A stretch of 64,000 nucleotides of DNA, from positions 48,732,001 through 48,796,000 of the forward strand of contig OX597829.1 of the NCBI GenBank assembly GCA_951406725.2, read 5' to 3'. Source of the stretch: Octopus vulgaris (taxonomy: Eukaryota). The notes beneath the pieces are model-generated. The model was not told the origin of the DNA and did not search any database. It saw nothing but the letters and a program-made list of their open reading frames with translations. A program made the translations under genes and the position numbers. Of the stretch, positions 25,498 to 39,382 are shown piece by piece; position 1 is the stretch's first letter; the number at the start of each line of letters is the position of its first letter.

Positions 25498-25650
25498 ATG
25501 GGCTTCTTTCAGTTTCCATCTACCAAATTCACTCACAAGGCTTCGGTCGGCCTGAGGCTGTAGTAGAAGACACTTGGTCAAGGTGTCAAGCTGTGGAACT
25601 GAACCCGGAACGATGTAGTTGGTAAGCAAGCTTCTTACCACACAGCCACT
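25219..25650 (-). mobile_element. Family-A SINE
   Basis: Collinear with the other copies. Confidence 0.85.
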
Positions 25651-25854
25651 TTTACTTATCTTATTTTTTAAATCATACTCAGGTTTCATAAATTTATGAA
25701 ATACCACATTTTTCAAGACAATCGAGCATTAATATGAATTTTCTAAACCTAAAATTATATTTAAAAAAAATCCAGCTGTGCACCTAGAAGCATTATTAGC
25801 TGGAAGCTTTGTTCTAGTTTTCATATGATAGGATAGTTTATCCTCTTCATGCTA

Positions 25855-26277
25855 TACTCTTTACTCTCTCTCTTTTACTCTTTTACTTGTTTCAGTCATT
25901 TGACTGCGGCCATGCTGGAGCACCACCTTTAGTCGAACAAATCGACCCCGGGACCTATTCTTTGTAAGCCCAGTACTTATTCTATCGGTCTCTTTTGCCG
26001 AACCGCTAAGTGATGGGGATGTAAACACACCAGCATTGGTTGTCAAGCAATGCTAGGGGGACAAACACAGACACACAAACACATACACACACATACATAT
26101 ATATATACATATATACGACAGGCTTCTTTCAGTTTCCATCTACCAAATCCACTCACAAGGCTTTGGTTGGCCCGAGGCTATAGCAGAAGACGCTTGCCCA
26201 AGATGCCACGCAGTAGGACTGAACCCGGAACCATGTGGTTGGTTAGCAAGCTACTTACCACACAGCCACTCCTGCAT
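25855..26277 (-). mobile_element. Family-A SINE, full length
   Basis: Collinear with 3595-4003. Confidence 0.9.
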
Positions 26278-26279
26278 CT

Positions 26280-26321
<42 letters not shown>

Positions 26322-27875
26322 TTCATTGTTTAACGTCTGTTTTCCATGCTGTCATGGGTTGGACGGCAAGCCAGAAGTCTGCACCAGGCTCCAATCTGAT
26401 CTGGCAGTGTTTCTACAGCTGGATGCCCTTCCTAATGCCAACCACTCTGAGAGTGTAGTGGGTGCTTTTTACATGCCACTGGCATGGGAACCAGTCAGGC
26501 GGCATTAGCATCAGCCATGTTCGGATAGTGCTTTTTACGTGCTGCCTGCACAGGAACTAGTCAGGAACTGAGAGGCTGGCATCGACCAAGTTTGGATGGT
26601 GCTTTTTACGTTCCACTGGCACAGGGAGCCAGTCAAGCAGCACTGGCTATATTATTAGCATTATCCTGCATTTGAGAATAAAACTATTTCCTTATTTATA
26701 TTGTTATATTTCGGGTGGGTCTGTTTTTTCTTTGCTTTTTTTGCCAAATAAACACACACATTATATATTTGTTCTGCAATTCAGATTTATTATTGTTCTT
26801 ATTTTTATTGTCCTTTGTCTGAAAAATCTTTCATCATCACACATCTGTGACCTCTTTAGTGACTCTCCATCCCATGTGTCTCCTCTTGACAACAGGAGAC
26901 ATGTGGGATAAAGAGTTGCTGATAAAGTGAAGAACGAATAGAATATATATGTATCTCATCTTCAGTAGCACACCTGTGTCTGCTTTCATTCTTGATCACT
27001 CTCTCTCTCTCTCTTTCTGTCTCTCCACTTTTCTTGCTCTTCCCTCCAACTGTGTAACCAAGCCTCTCCTTTACAGTCGCACACCTGTTTCTGTTCTCTT
27101 TCTTGTTACATTCTCTCTCTCTCTCTCTCTCTCACCAGGTAACCATGTACCTCCTCTATAGCAAAGCACTTGTTTCTGCCTTTCTGTTACATTCTAACCT
27201 TTCATCATCTGACACAAGATCCCCTTCTCCAAGCCCACTCTGCCTCTTGAAGATTCTTTGTCTTGCAAGTTACTTGGTGACCCCCATAAGTACTGGTGCC
27301 ACATAAACGCGTCCAGTTGACACAGTAAATTGGTTGGTATTTGGAAGGGCATCTAGCTGTAAAAGCCATGCCAAGACTGACCTTCCCTGTGCTGGTGCCA
27401 CATAAAAAGCATTCGGCCCAGTCTGAGGAGTGGTTGGTGTTGGGAATGCCATCTATCCAAAAAAATCCAGGCAAGACAGAAACATTAGCCTGGGGTAGTT
27501 TTCTACCTGGCCAGCTCCTGTCAAACCATCCAAGCCGTACCAACATGGAAGGTGGACATTAAACGATGATGAGATGAAGATGATGATGATGTAATCATCG
27601 TGATCAAACTCAGTGTCCTAAAAGGACAGACTGAGTATTTCCCACCTGGTAAAGATATTGAAATATCAGTACTTAGTCAACAAGGTTCTTGTCAAGGGCC
27701 AGCTTGTGGCCTCATTCCACATTGAAATCAGCTGCCATAGCTTTCTTTCTAGATTGGTGCACCGTTTCCTGCTTTGCTAAGTTTACTCTCAGACTTTTTC
27801 AATTCCAGGTTTTTGCTTCCATATCTGGAATATTAAACGATAAACAATAAAAGCTTTTATTATTTCTTCTTTCTC

Positions 27876-27924
<49 letters not shown>

Positions 27925-28351
27925 GTAAGCAATAAATTATCAGAATCACTACCAGGAGAGAATGTTTTACAGAAAATTTTATATAAAAATACCCAAATTT
28001 TTGAAATTTGGATATCTCTTTTTTTATGTAGAATATTAAGAATTTAGAATATATTTTTACATGGAATGTTTTATGCACTGTATTTCTTGAAGCATGGATA
28101 AATGAATGTAACATGGTAAAAATAAAGACAGAATTATTTAAAATTACATTAAAAAGAAAACCAAATAAGTGAAACAAATTATCACTCCTTCCACCCCACC
28201 TCCCAGTTACTCCCACATTGACATCTCTCTCTCTTACCATCACTTCCCTGCAAACCTCACTCCTCTTAAACATCTGATCATTATTAACACTTTCTTTCTC
28301 CGAGGTCACTCATCATTGATATCCATCACACTCTTTTAGTTTTATAGTTTA

Positions 28352-28751
28352 CTAGCAGTATCGCCCGGCGTTGCTCGGGTTTGTAAGGGAAATAACTATA
28401 TAAGCATTTTTAGAGATGTAAAGTATAATAGCCATCTCAATATGGCTAACCACAAAGGGGGAAGGGGTGTTACTGTAGCTTTTTACGTTCTGAGATTTAA
28501 TAATAAATTTTTAGAGAGTTACTTCCCTTATATATGCCAAAAATGCATTAAAAATGGGAAAAATTGATGGTAAATTTTTTTTAAAATCGTAGACTCATCG
28601 TAAACGCGCACTAATACTCAGAAGGGCTCGATATGAATCACAACTATAAGATACTCGGTTTTGGTTAAACTGCAGCGCAAAATGTGGGAGTAGTTAGGAA
28701 TCTAAATCGTAGGAGACAGGCAGCACACAACCTCTCTTTTATATATAAAGA
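28352..28751 (-). mobile_element. Non-autonomous Helitron
   Basis: TC...CTAG termini in an A|T site; near-identical to 11500-11893. Confidence 0.88.
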
Positions 28752-28759
28752 TTATTGAT

Positions 28760-29055
28760 TTGACTCATATTTGGTCTTATTCATGGTAGGATTTATGAGG
28801 GTACTACCTGTAACCTTAGGTATCCACAATCTTTCAATAATCTTTCAGATACTTAAGACCCTCCTGATAATCTTTCCTGTTCCCAAGAGGCAAACTTTCA
28901 GTAGAAGTTCTACAGAACATTCTATTCCAACCTCTTTCAACCATTTGTCTATATCCTTGCTTACTGTTCCCAATGCACCAATTATTATAGGCATGACTTT
29001 TACACTTTTCATATTCCAAATTCTTGCAATTTCAAATTTTCAGGGATTGTAACAC
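28760..29055 (-). pseudogene. 3' end of an R4/Dong-like (REL endonuclease) non-LTR retrotransposon
   Basis: The - strand reads KFEIARIWNMKSVKVMPIIIGALGTVSKDIDKWLKEVGIECSVELLLKVCLLGTGKIIRRVLSI*, a typical REL-clade C-terminus. Confidence 0.8.
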
Positions 29056-29273
29056 TTAAGGGGTTGTATTTTTTTGTTTTTGCTTTTCATCTTCTTGCTT
29101 TATGATCTTGGAGTCAAACAGACATGCTGGATCAATTAGTAAGTGACTACTCATTACCTTGTCTATTATTGTTAAGTCTGGTCTATTATTTTCTAGTATT
29201 TTGACTGATTTTCTTCTTCTCCTCCTCCTCCTTCTTCTCCCCCTCCTCCTTCTTCTTCTCCTCCTCCTCCTTC

Positions 29274-29830
29274 TTGAGTGAGAGAATAGTGCCTAACATC
29301 AAAGTGACACTGGGGTCCAAATATACGAAGCCCAGTATACCGATCATGACTACCCATCTGATAAAGGTACACCAGGCACATGCACCACAACCATATGTGC
29401 GCAACATGGTGATCTCATATCAAGATAAACAGCACATGACCTTGCAGGTGGGGCCTAGTTAGAATTTTCTTCTGGTCGAGTAGCCCACCCCGCTCAAAAG
29501 GCCCTAGAATAAGGATTGTTTAAGGATGTTGAACGAACCATCCATGTTTCCAATGGTGAATTATCCAAATCTCTAAGAATTCCTTTCAACACATGGCTAT
29601 GATGCTCCCCCACTACTTCCGCTCGTGATCAGAGATGCACATATCGTCAGCCACTAAGGGACATGCTCAACTGGTTACGGTCAAACACTGACAAGCAAAT
29701 CTGTGGTATTGAGCAGAATATTTTCTGTAGCCCATCTTTTATACCAAGACAAAACAATGTACATGATAACACTTCCAATCAGTTAAGATCAGAAGCCATG
29801 AGAGCCACTGTCTGGTACTGCATCAGGGCA
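29274..29830. mobile_element. Interspersed repeat family E (~550 bp, unclassified); other copies at 31836-32352 and 36878-36995
   Basis: Shared TTGAGTGAGAGA...CATCAAAGTGACACTGGGGT...AATATACGAAGCCCAGTATACC start; all copies abut trinucleotide microsatellites. Confidence 0.8.
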
Positions 29831-32439
29831 TCATCATCATCATCATCATCACCACCACCACCACCACCACCACCATCACCACCACCACCATCATCATCAT
29901 CATAATACCAGCTCATCTTTTACAAATGCCTTCTTTCTCACCCTCTCAATTGATTACGTTGCCTGGCACGAATGGTGACAGCGTTTAGCACAGATGATGA
30001 TACATCTGTCATGTGGGATATAAGGCCATCTTACCCAGTAGTGCTAGTTCTACAATAAATTGCACACAATGTAATGTGGTTGTGGACTGAGCAGAGAATA
30101 AGTCGGGTCAAGAGAACCCTTTAGTCGTGTCCTGCTGAAAACATGACAACTTCTTTAGTGTTGGTGCCATGGTAAACTCTGTTCAGTGTTTGGTGATGGA
30201 AAGCACATCTGGCTGCAGAAACTGAGGCTCAAATCATATGTATGAATGAATTTTAGTGTTCAGACTCATCTAGGAGAGTTGTAAGTCTGAATAAAATCTG
30301 GCTTGGACCTTGACAACCCATCTAACCCATGTTGGCATGGAATGTGGACATAAATTGATGATGATACAGTGGACGATTATGATGATAATGACAACGCCGA
30401 TGTTGACGACGACGACGACGATGATGATGACAATGCAGATGATGATGAGGATGGTGCTAGTGATGGTGGCACTGGTGCCATGGCCATCACTTACCAGCAC
30501 CACCACCACCACCACCACCATCACTGATGATGATGGTGAGGAAGATGGTGATGATGTTTAATAAACATTGTTTTTGCCTAAATGTAGATCTAGGCCTCAT
30601 CATGTTTTTGTTGGATGTCGGAAATTTCAGCAGCACCGAATGGAACAAGGAGGGTTGAGAATTGAAATCTACCCCTTTTTTTTTTTTTTTTGCCTTTTAA
30701 AACAACTTTGAAGAATCACAACCACCACCACCACCACTCAATTAGCCATTCACTCATCAAAACTGCTGGAAATAACGAGCAGCTAGAACAACTTGCGAAA
30801 TTAGAAACGAGATTATGACGAGCTCGACAAAATTTATCTAATAAGTATATGGGTTAGTGGCCAGGAATTAATACCTATTATATCAACACAGCATGGATTA
30901 TGGTTATAAATGGATATGGAGTCACATGATCTGTGCATTCAATCAACGTATATTTTAATCTCGCTGTGAAATTAAGCTCCCGTGGTTAAACCATAATGCT
31001 GTCAGCAACCTGTAAAAGACACTTGATCTGGCTGGTTTGAATTGGTCTCTTAAATTTGTTCGTTGGTCGTTTACATTTTCCCCATCTCTTGGAGCAATCG
31101 AAATAAGTAGTCTGTTCGTATTAGTGTTATCGGTATAGACTGTACAGTCTCTCTCTCTCTCTCTCTCTCTCTCACTTACTCCCCATCCCTGCCACTCTCC
31201 CACTATATCATAGGATATTCTTCATAAGCTCTACGTGGGAGAGTTTGGAAGATAAACACAGAATATTAAAATTCAAGTAAATCGGAATAAATCAATAAAT
31301 TCTTTCAATGAATACTAAACACAATGACAGAAATTGTCCATTATCCTATTTGCTATAAGTGCAGAACTCGCAAACAAGCTATCTGCTAATAATAAACAAA
31401 CAAAACAAAAGCCAAAAAAAAAAAAAGAAAAAAATCCATTTATCGCTAGGTTACAATCTCTTCTAATTTTCTGCCTTTTCAGTAAAGAATGACAATATAG
31501 TCCAGTATCATCATCATCATCATCAATATTGTTATTGTTAATGTTATCATCATCATCATCATTGTTATCATTATCATTATCATTATTATTATTACTATTA
31601 TTATTATCATTATTAGTATTATTACTATGGTAGTGAGATGGCAGAATTGTTAGCACACCAGCAGCATTTCATCTGTCTTTACATTCTGAGTTCAAATTCC
31701 ACTGAGGTCGACTTTACCTTTCATCCTTTTGGGGGCCAATAAAATAAGTATCAGTGAAACACTTGGGTCAATGTCCTCTCCCTTAAAATTTCAGGCTTTG
31801 TACCTAAAATAGAAAGGATTATTATTATTATTATTATTGAGTGAGAGAGCAGTGCATGCCACCAAAGTGACACTGGGGTAAAATATACAAAGCCCAGTAA
31901 TACCCACCATGACTACCAGGCACATGCATCACAACCATATGTGCATGACATGGTGATCTCATTTTCAAGATAAACTGCGCATGACCTTGTAGATGAGGCC
32001 CAGTTAGGATTTTCTTCAGGTCAAGTAGCCCATCCCACTCAAAAGGTCCCTGTATTAAGGGTTGTTTAAGGATATTGAATGAAACATCCATGTTTCCAGA
32101 GGTGAATTATCCAAACCCCAAAGAATCCTTCTCAACACATGGCTATGATGCTCCCCCACTACTTCTGCTTGTGATCAGAGATGCACGTATCATCAGCCAC
32201 AAAGGGACATGGTCAACTGGTTATGGTCAAACAACTGACAAGCAAATCTGTGGTATTGAGCAGAATATTTGCTGTAGCCCATCTTTTATACCAAGACAAA
32301 CCAATGTACATAAACACTTCCAATCAGTTAAGATTAGAAGCCACGAGAGCTACTGTTATTGTTGTTATTGTTGTTTAAGATGTTATACAGAATCCAATAT
32401 TGTGATGTTGATTGAAGATACTATGTCTACCGGGGGTTT

Positions 32440-34130
32440 GTACTGTTTTTCAAGTCACAACTAGGACCTCAGACTGACACTACACAATATGTACACATTT
32501 CCAAGTAAAGCTGATATTTGCAATATACCTAGATTGTAGGGTACTTCTGAAGTTTCAAGATGTCTCTTCGGGTTGGGTGGTATTTGTCGACCTTTTCTCT
32601 TTCTTTCATGACAATAGTTTGATCTCTTGGCACTGCTAGGTCGATTATTAGGCATTCTTGTTTGTCCCCTCTAAAGGTTATTATATTCAGCTTTTGGTGC
32701 TCTAACACCTTGTCTGTCTGGAAGACAAAGTCCCAGAAGATCTTTGCTTTCTTCTTTTCATCCATTGCCTTTTGCAGTGTATGTTGGTATCAAGCACCCA
32801 TTACCTCATATCCAGCAGTGAAGGTTTTGGGTTACCTATTTATATCTCTTTACTACCCACAAGGGGCTACACACAGAGGGGACAAACAAGGACAGGCAAA
32901 GGGATTAAGTTGATTATATCGACCCCAGTGCATAACTGGTACTTATTTAATCGACCCCAAAAGGATGAAAGGTAAAGTCGACCTTGACGGAATTTGAACT
33001 CAGAACGTAGCAGCAGACGAAATACTGCTAAGCATTTCACACGTTTCTGCCAGCTTCGCCACTTTGTCATGTCTGTGCTTGTACTCTTTCTGTGCAAGAC
33101 TTTCACAAGCACTAAAAATGTGAAAACATCCTTTTGACCCTCTTCCCACACATTCTGTAGAGGTCCGATGCACTTGTGTAGTATGGGCAGCAATGATTAA
33201 GCTTCCAGTCTTCTTTTTAAGGTCACCCTTGCTGAGCGACTTCCATGATGCCTCCTGGTCTTTCAAGTTGTTAGTTTCATGGCGGTACTGACCATGTAAT
33301 TCTATGCAGAGTAGAGTTTCTAATCCTATGCAGAGTAGAGTTTCTTCTCTCTTGCTGGCTATTCATGATTGGAATTCATTAGCACTCTCAAGTCCATTGC
33401 TGGTACATCCCTCTGAATTAACAGCATACTGTTGCAGGCCTTGTTTGCCGTTTACCAAATACTCTGCCATGTTTCACCTTTCATTGTTGATGCACTCCTG
33501 TATGCTAATCAGCCCACGTCCACCTTTACGCCTCTTCATGTAGAACCTGTGTACATTCACCTTATGGTGGAGGGCACCATGCATTGTCATCTTTTGGGTT
33601 GTGTGTTAATCTCTGCTCATGTCCTTGTCAGAGTGGGTGCACAATAGCAGACGACAGCAACAACCCATATGTTGATGGCACTCACAAAGTTAGCTGTGTT
33701 GAGTTTTGACTTAAAGACAAGTTTGAGGCACCTCAAATATGCAGTGTTAACCTTGTGTTTCATTTCTCTGTGTATGATATTGTTCAGTTCCAGGGTCCTC
33801 AGAGTCTCTCATTTGCTCTGTTTGACAGTTCTATACCCACTACAATCTGCTCTTTTCCCACCATTTCAAAGTGAGCACTGCATACTTTGAGATCCCAAAT
33901 TCTGTACCTACATCCTTACTGCACATCTTCGCAGTCTCAGTCAGCCTTTCCATTTCAGACTCTGTTTTTGTGAACAGTTTTAACTCGTCCACGAATAAAA
34001 GGTGGTTGAGACAAATACCATTCTTTCTCGGTTCATCGTGCATGTTGATTTTGTGCTGAACTACAGAAAGTGGGATCAAGTCTAACAAATAACAAAAGTG
34101 AACAAGAATCTCCCCAGAAGATACCACTTT
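32440..34130 (-). pseudogene. Decayed R4/Dong-like retrotransposon ORF (RT, Zn-knuckle, REL endonuclease), interrupted by a family-B SINE at ~32835-33062
   Basis: Fragments LNHLLFVDELKLF...VGTEFGISK (RT), LAQKEYKHRHDKVA and KIFWDFVFQTDK...CLIIDLAVP...EKVDKY (REL). Confidence 0.85.
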
Positions 34131-34329
34131 TGATTGTTTTCCAATGTAAATACTGTCCTACTCTATCATGGCAATTTTTTTATATTCGTTTGGTGTCAGC
34201 ACAGGACATCCCAAGATGAGATGGTCTATTGGTTTGTCAAATGTGTTGCAGAATCTGCATTTAGGGTCAGAACCATTTTGAAGAACATTAGCCTGGTAGT
34301 TTTTTTTGAACAAGCTTTGGTCTTGTGCT

Positions 34330-34970
34330 GCCATTAAGAAACCTTCAGTCTCTGTTTTCAGTCCTGAACTTCTCAGCCATTGAAAGGTGTCGGTTTGAGT
34401 TACATCAGCAATTTGACTTCGAAGTATATACTGTCCATGAAGAGGCTTCTGGCTCCTTCACTCCTCAATTTGTTTCTGCTCATTCTTTTTTGCAGTCTGC
34501 TCAATCTATTTGGTTTGTTTTGTTGCAGTGGTTTCAGGTTCTTCAACTATTTCAGGGTTAATGCCAAGTTCCCTTGCAAATTTGCAAGCTTCCTTGACAA
34601 TCAAATGTAACTTTTTGCTGCTTTCGTGTTTGCACACAAGTCGCAGTGTCCAGTCCCCTGTACTAGATAAGTACCTGTTCATTGCTATTGTGGATGTCTT
34701 ATAGTACAGTTCTACCTGCATCATTCTTCATCCCCCATTACTTCTAGGTAGGTACAGACGATCAACATCTGCTTTTAGGTGGTGTATGTTCTTAAAAGTT
34801 AGTAGTCTTCTTGTCTTCCTGTCCAGGCATTGGAGCTCTGTAAGATTCCAGTTAATGATGTTAAAACTATATTAGACTACTGGAAGTGCCAAGGTGTTAA
34901 TGGCTTCGATGCAACTTTTTGGAGTTGAGTTCAGTTTTTAGTACGAGTCTTATTGTCCAGTAATATTCTG
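34330..34970 (-). pseudogene. Second R4/Dong-like fragment (post-RT region)
   Basis: The - strand reads INTLALPV...NWNLTELQCLDRKTRRLL...HHLKADVDRLYLPRSNGG, with stops. Confidence 0.75.
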
Positions 34971-35439
34971 AAATTATATACAAAATTATAGAAATTCAAA
35001 TCCAAAATGTAAATGAGATCAACCAGCATCCATATGTTGATGGAATGATTTCATTAGTCTTCAAAGTTCAATTTTACATCTGGCAAAATGAAAAAGAAAG
35101 AAAAAAAAAAGAAAAAGGAAAATGAATGAAGAAGAATATTTTTGTTTTGTGCAAATTTGATGAAATTCTCCTGTCATTTTATTCATTCCTCCAGGGCATG
35201 ATGTTAATAACCCACAAACATATTTCTCCTCATGCATTTTGAGTATGGAAAGTGAAGCAGATTCAGAATATTTTCTGAGAATATGCACTTTCAAGTCTAC
35301 TTCAAAATTACAGCCGTTTGAAGCAAAATGTTCGGCAAGTTCTGTCGAACCACTGTTATTGTGCCTGACGTCATATCTGTGCCCATTAAGCCTTTTGTTT
35401 AATTGTTCTAGTGTTCAACTAACACGTATCAGGTTGTGT

Positions 35440-35800
35440 TTCGTACATTCTGCCGTGAACACTAAATGGGGATCTCTACATGTCCCATCTTCAGTATAAA
35501 TCAAAACAATTCTGTTATGATTCCTGATGGAATTCACTTCACTCATGTTGTTACACAACGAACAGGGCTTACCTCTCTTTCAGCTGTTTGTGGATTACTG
35601 GAAACATGCAAATGCTTTTGTACACCATTACATAAAATGTGGTTACAGTGAATCACAATTGAAGAAAATAGCAAATGAAATAGCTAAGATTAGCAAAGAA
35701 AGTCAAACCTTCACGCATAATTTTAGAAAACACAGTACATTATGTGACGGAATTCCTTTAGTAATTAACCAAAATTCAGGCCTTGTATTTATAGCAGAAA
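35440..35800 (+). pseudogene. Probable Penelope-like RT thumb/linker remnant
   Basis: HYIKCGYSESQLKKIANEI...GIPLVINQNSGL resembles the PLE F..RGY....I...IPLV.TY.P.L pattern; weak. Confidence 0.45.
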
Positions 35801-35910
35801 GGATTATCGTCGTCGTTGGCGTCAGCATCAGCACCGTCATCGTTGGCAGCGGCTGTGGTGTCATTGTCGTCGGCGTTGGCATCATCATCATCATCATCAT
35901 AATAATAATG

Positions 35911-35962
<52 letters not shown>

Positions 35963-36566
35963 TAATAATAAAGCACCAACCGATCGTGGCTGATGCCAGA
36001 CTCCCCTGGCACCTGTGCCGGTGGCACGTAAAAAGCACCCACTACACTCACGGAGGTTGGCGTTAGGAAGGGCATCCAGCTGTAGAAACTCTGCCAGATC
36101 AGACTGGAGCCTGGTGCAGCCTCCTGGCTTCCCAGTCCCCGGTCGAACCGTCCAACCCATGCTAGCGCAGAAAACGGACGTTAAACGATGATGATGATGA
36201 TGATGATGAATAATAAAGGCGATGAGCTGGCAGAATTGTTAGCACACCAGGCAAGATGCTTAGCAACATTTCATCTGACTTTGCGTTCTGAGTTCAAATT
36301 CTACTGGGGTCGATTTTTCCTTTTATCCTTTTGAGGTCAATAAAATAAGCACCAGTTGAATACTGGGGGTCGATGTAATCGACTAACCCCCTCCTGCAAA
36401 GCTTCAGGCTTTGTGCCCATAGCAATCCATACCTGGACTGAAATTACATTCATACATCCATCGCAAACAGATGCAGGTTCTTAGTGCTTTGTTCCCTTTT
36501 CAGTTACTCTCCTTTAATTTAAAGTCCTCTCCTTCAAACATGCATATGTTGGAACCGACAGGTGCA

Positions 36567-36581
36567 ACCATCATCACCATC

Positions 36582-36626
<45 letters not shown>

Positions 36627-36778
36627 GTCATCATCATCATCATCATCATCATCACCACCATCATCACCATCACTATCATCATCATCATCATCATCACCAT
36701 CATCATAACCACCATCACCACCATCACCATCATCATCATCACCATCATCATCATCACCACCACCACCACAACTACCAC

Positions 36779-36812
<34 letters not shown>

Positions 36813-36875
36813 GTTGTCGTCGTCATCATCATCACCATCGTCGTCGTTGTCGTCATCATCATCATCATCATCACC
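36567..36875. repeat. (ATC)/(ACC)/(GTC) microsatellite
   Basis: Directly visible. Confidence 0.95.
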
Positions 36876-37425
36876 GATTGAGAGAGAGCAATGCATGCCA
36901 TCAAAGTGACACTGGGGTACAAATATATGAAGCCCAATATACCCATCATGACTACCTGTCTGATAGGGGTGCACCAGGTACATGCATCGTAACCGTACGT
37001 ATAACTGGTACAACTCATTGTCTATTAAGTTGGTGTACAAACCAGCTGCAAAGTATTATCTGTGTTGCTAGGTGCTGGTTTCAAAAATAATTTTAGCAAA
37101 ATAAAATTATTTTGATCAGAAATAATTTTTGTCTCTTCCTATTTTTTCATTCTTAGTACGATTTTATTTTTCAGATTTTTCTGTATAATCTGTAATGTCA
37201 GTTGCATGGTGCACTGATACACACACAGACAGACACACACACAAACACAAACACACACAAACACAAATACACTTACATACACAAATACAAGCATGTACAC
37301 ACACACATGCACACAAGGAAGCAGCCCTGCCCCCACAGAGGTAAAATGCAAAGAAGTCTCAGATTCTTCATGGGTAAAGAGTACAAATATTAAATCTGGG
37401 AAGGCAATAGTGATAGCAAGTTTGA

Positions 37426-37578
37426 ATGTGTGTGTGTAGATGTGTGTTTGTGGATGTTTGTGTGTGTGTGTGTGTGGTGTGTGTGTATGTGTGGATGTTT
37501 GTGTATGTATGTGTGTGTGTGTGTAGATGTTTGTTTGTTGTGTGTGTAGATGTTTGTTTGTTGTGTGTGTAGATGTGT

Positions 37579-37614
<36 letters not shown>

Positions 37615-37927
37615 ATGTTTGTGTGTGGATGTTTGTGTATGTATGTGTGTGTGTGTAGATGTTTGTGTGTGTGGATGTTTGTGTGTATGTGGATGTTTGT
37701 GTGTGTGTGGTTGTTTGTGTGTATGTGTGTGTGGATGTTTGTGTATGTATGTGTGTGTGTGTGTAGATGTTTGTGTGTGTGTGTGGATGTTTGCGTGTGT
37801 GTGTGTATGTTTGTGTGTGTGCATAGATGTGTGTTTGCGTGGGAATGTGTGTCTGCATGTATGCATGCATGGATATGTGTGTGCGTGTGTGTGTGTGTGG
37901 ATGTTTGTGTGTGTGTATGTGTGTGTG
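37426..37927. repeat. (TG)n-based minisatellite punctuated by GATGTTT
   Basis: Directly visible. Confidence 0.9.
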
Positions 37928-38419
37928 AAAGGGAGACATACTATTCATAGCAAAATGGGGAGCTAGGACTGCTGGACGAACAAAGGGCTTGTTTCTGCGA
38001 TGTCCTTTTGCAAACTACTCTGACGACAAATGACAGTGACCTTATCTTCAGGGCTGGGTGAGATCAACGGACATGTTTGACATCAATCTCATATATTCAA
38101 TGGCATACATAGACACTACGGTTCTTGAAATGAGAAAGAGAAATAAGGCACTTGGAGTTCTGTAATACAAATAATCAAATGATCAGTAACACAAACTGCA
38201 AGAAAACAGCCAGTCTCTCAATTGCCCATCAGTCGGGCAAGCATACAAACCAGATTGACTACATTCTCATTAGAAAGTGGGACAGATACCTAGTGGGAGA
38301 CTCAAAATCTTTCTCTGAGGAAGAATGCATTTTGCAGAATAGGTTAGTGGTTAGAGACTTCAGGCACAAGGCTCAGAGAGACGCTGGCTGGTAGTGAAAA
38401 GGAAGATGTGGAAGTTTAA

Positions 38420-38642
38420 CCCTTTAGCATTCAAACCGGCCGTATCCGGCCAAAATGTTTAACCTGTTTTATATTGAAACTGACCAGCTCCCGCCTCTCA
38501 CCTCAGCCCTACCATGTCATTCTAAAACTAAAAAAAATCCACATCACTGAAATCTCTAAATTACAAGATAATGCAGGATTAATTCAAACCATTTAAAATA
38601 AACAAACATCACATTTGACAGAATAATCTGAACACCAAAGGG
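38420..38642 (+). mobile_element. piggyBac-like MITE
   Basis: TTAA TSD (38416-38419, 38643-38646); TIRs CCCTTTAGCATTCA / TGAACACCAAAGGG. Confidence 0.85.
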
Positions 38643-38966
38643 TTAAAGATCCATTAAATAGTTAGAGATATAGAAAAGTCATATTTGATAAGAATGAGGA
38701 GGTGGTAGCAATGTATAACATAGAGGATAACTAGATGTTCTTGTGGGGGAATTTTAAAGAGGGTTACAGACCAAATTTGTTGTTGTTGGTATGAAGTTCC
38801 AGCCAGACCAAGGATGACATATTGGAGGAACGGTGGACTAGACTAGAGTTATAAATTGGCACTCTGTCGGTTATGAAGACGAAGGTTCTAGTTGATCCGA
38901 TAAACAGAATAGCCTGCTCAAGGAATTAATGTGCAAGTGACTGAGTACTCCACAGACATATGTACC

Positions 38967-39382
38967 TATTTCTTTACTACCCACAAGAGGCTAAACACAG
39001 AGAGGACAAACAAGGACAAACAAACGGATTAAGTCGATTATATCGACCCCAGTGCGTAACTGGTACTTATTTAATCGACCCTGAAAGGATGAAAGGCAAA
39101 GTTGACCTTAGCGGAATTTGAACTCAGAACGTAACCGCTGACGAAATACCTATTTCTTTACTACCCACAAGGGGCTAAACACAGAGGGGACAAACAAGAA
39201 CAGACAAAGGGATTAAGTCGATTATATCGACCCCAGTGCGTAACTAGTACTTATTTAATCGACCCCGAAAGGATGAAAGGCAAAGTTGACCTCGGTGGAA
39301 TTTGAACTCAGAATGTAGCCGCAGACGAATTACCACTAAGCATTTCGCCTGGCGTGCTAACGTTTCTGCCAGCTTGCCGCTT
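38967..39382 (-). mobile_element. Family-B SINE dimer nested in another SINE (~38856-39590)
   Basis: Junction GAAATACC|TATTTC at 39143-39156; GACATATGTACC(TATTTCTT) is duplicated on both sides. Confidence 0.85.
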
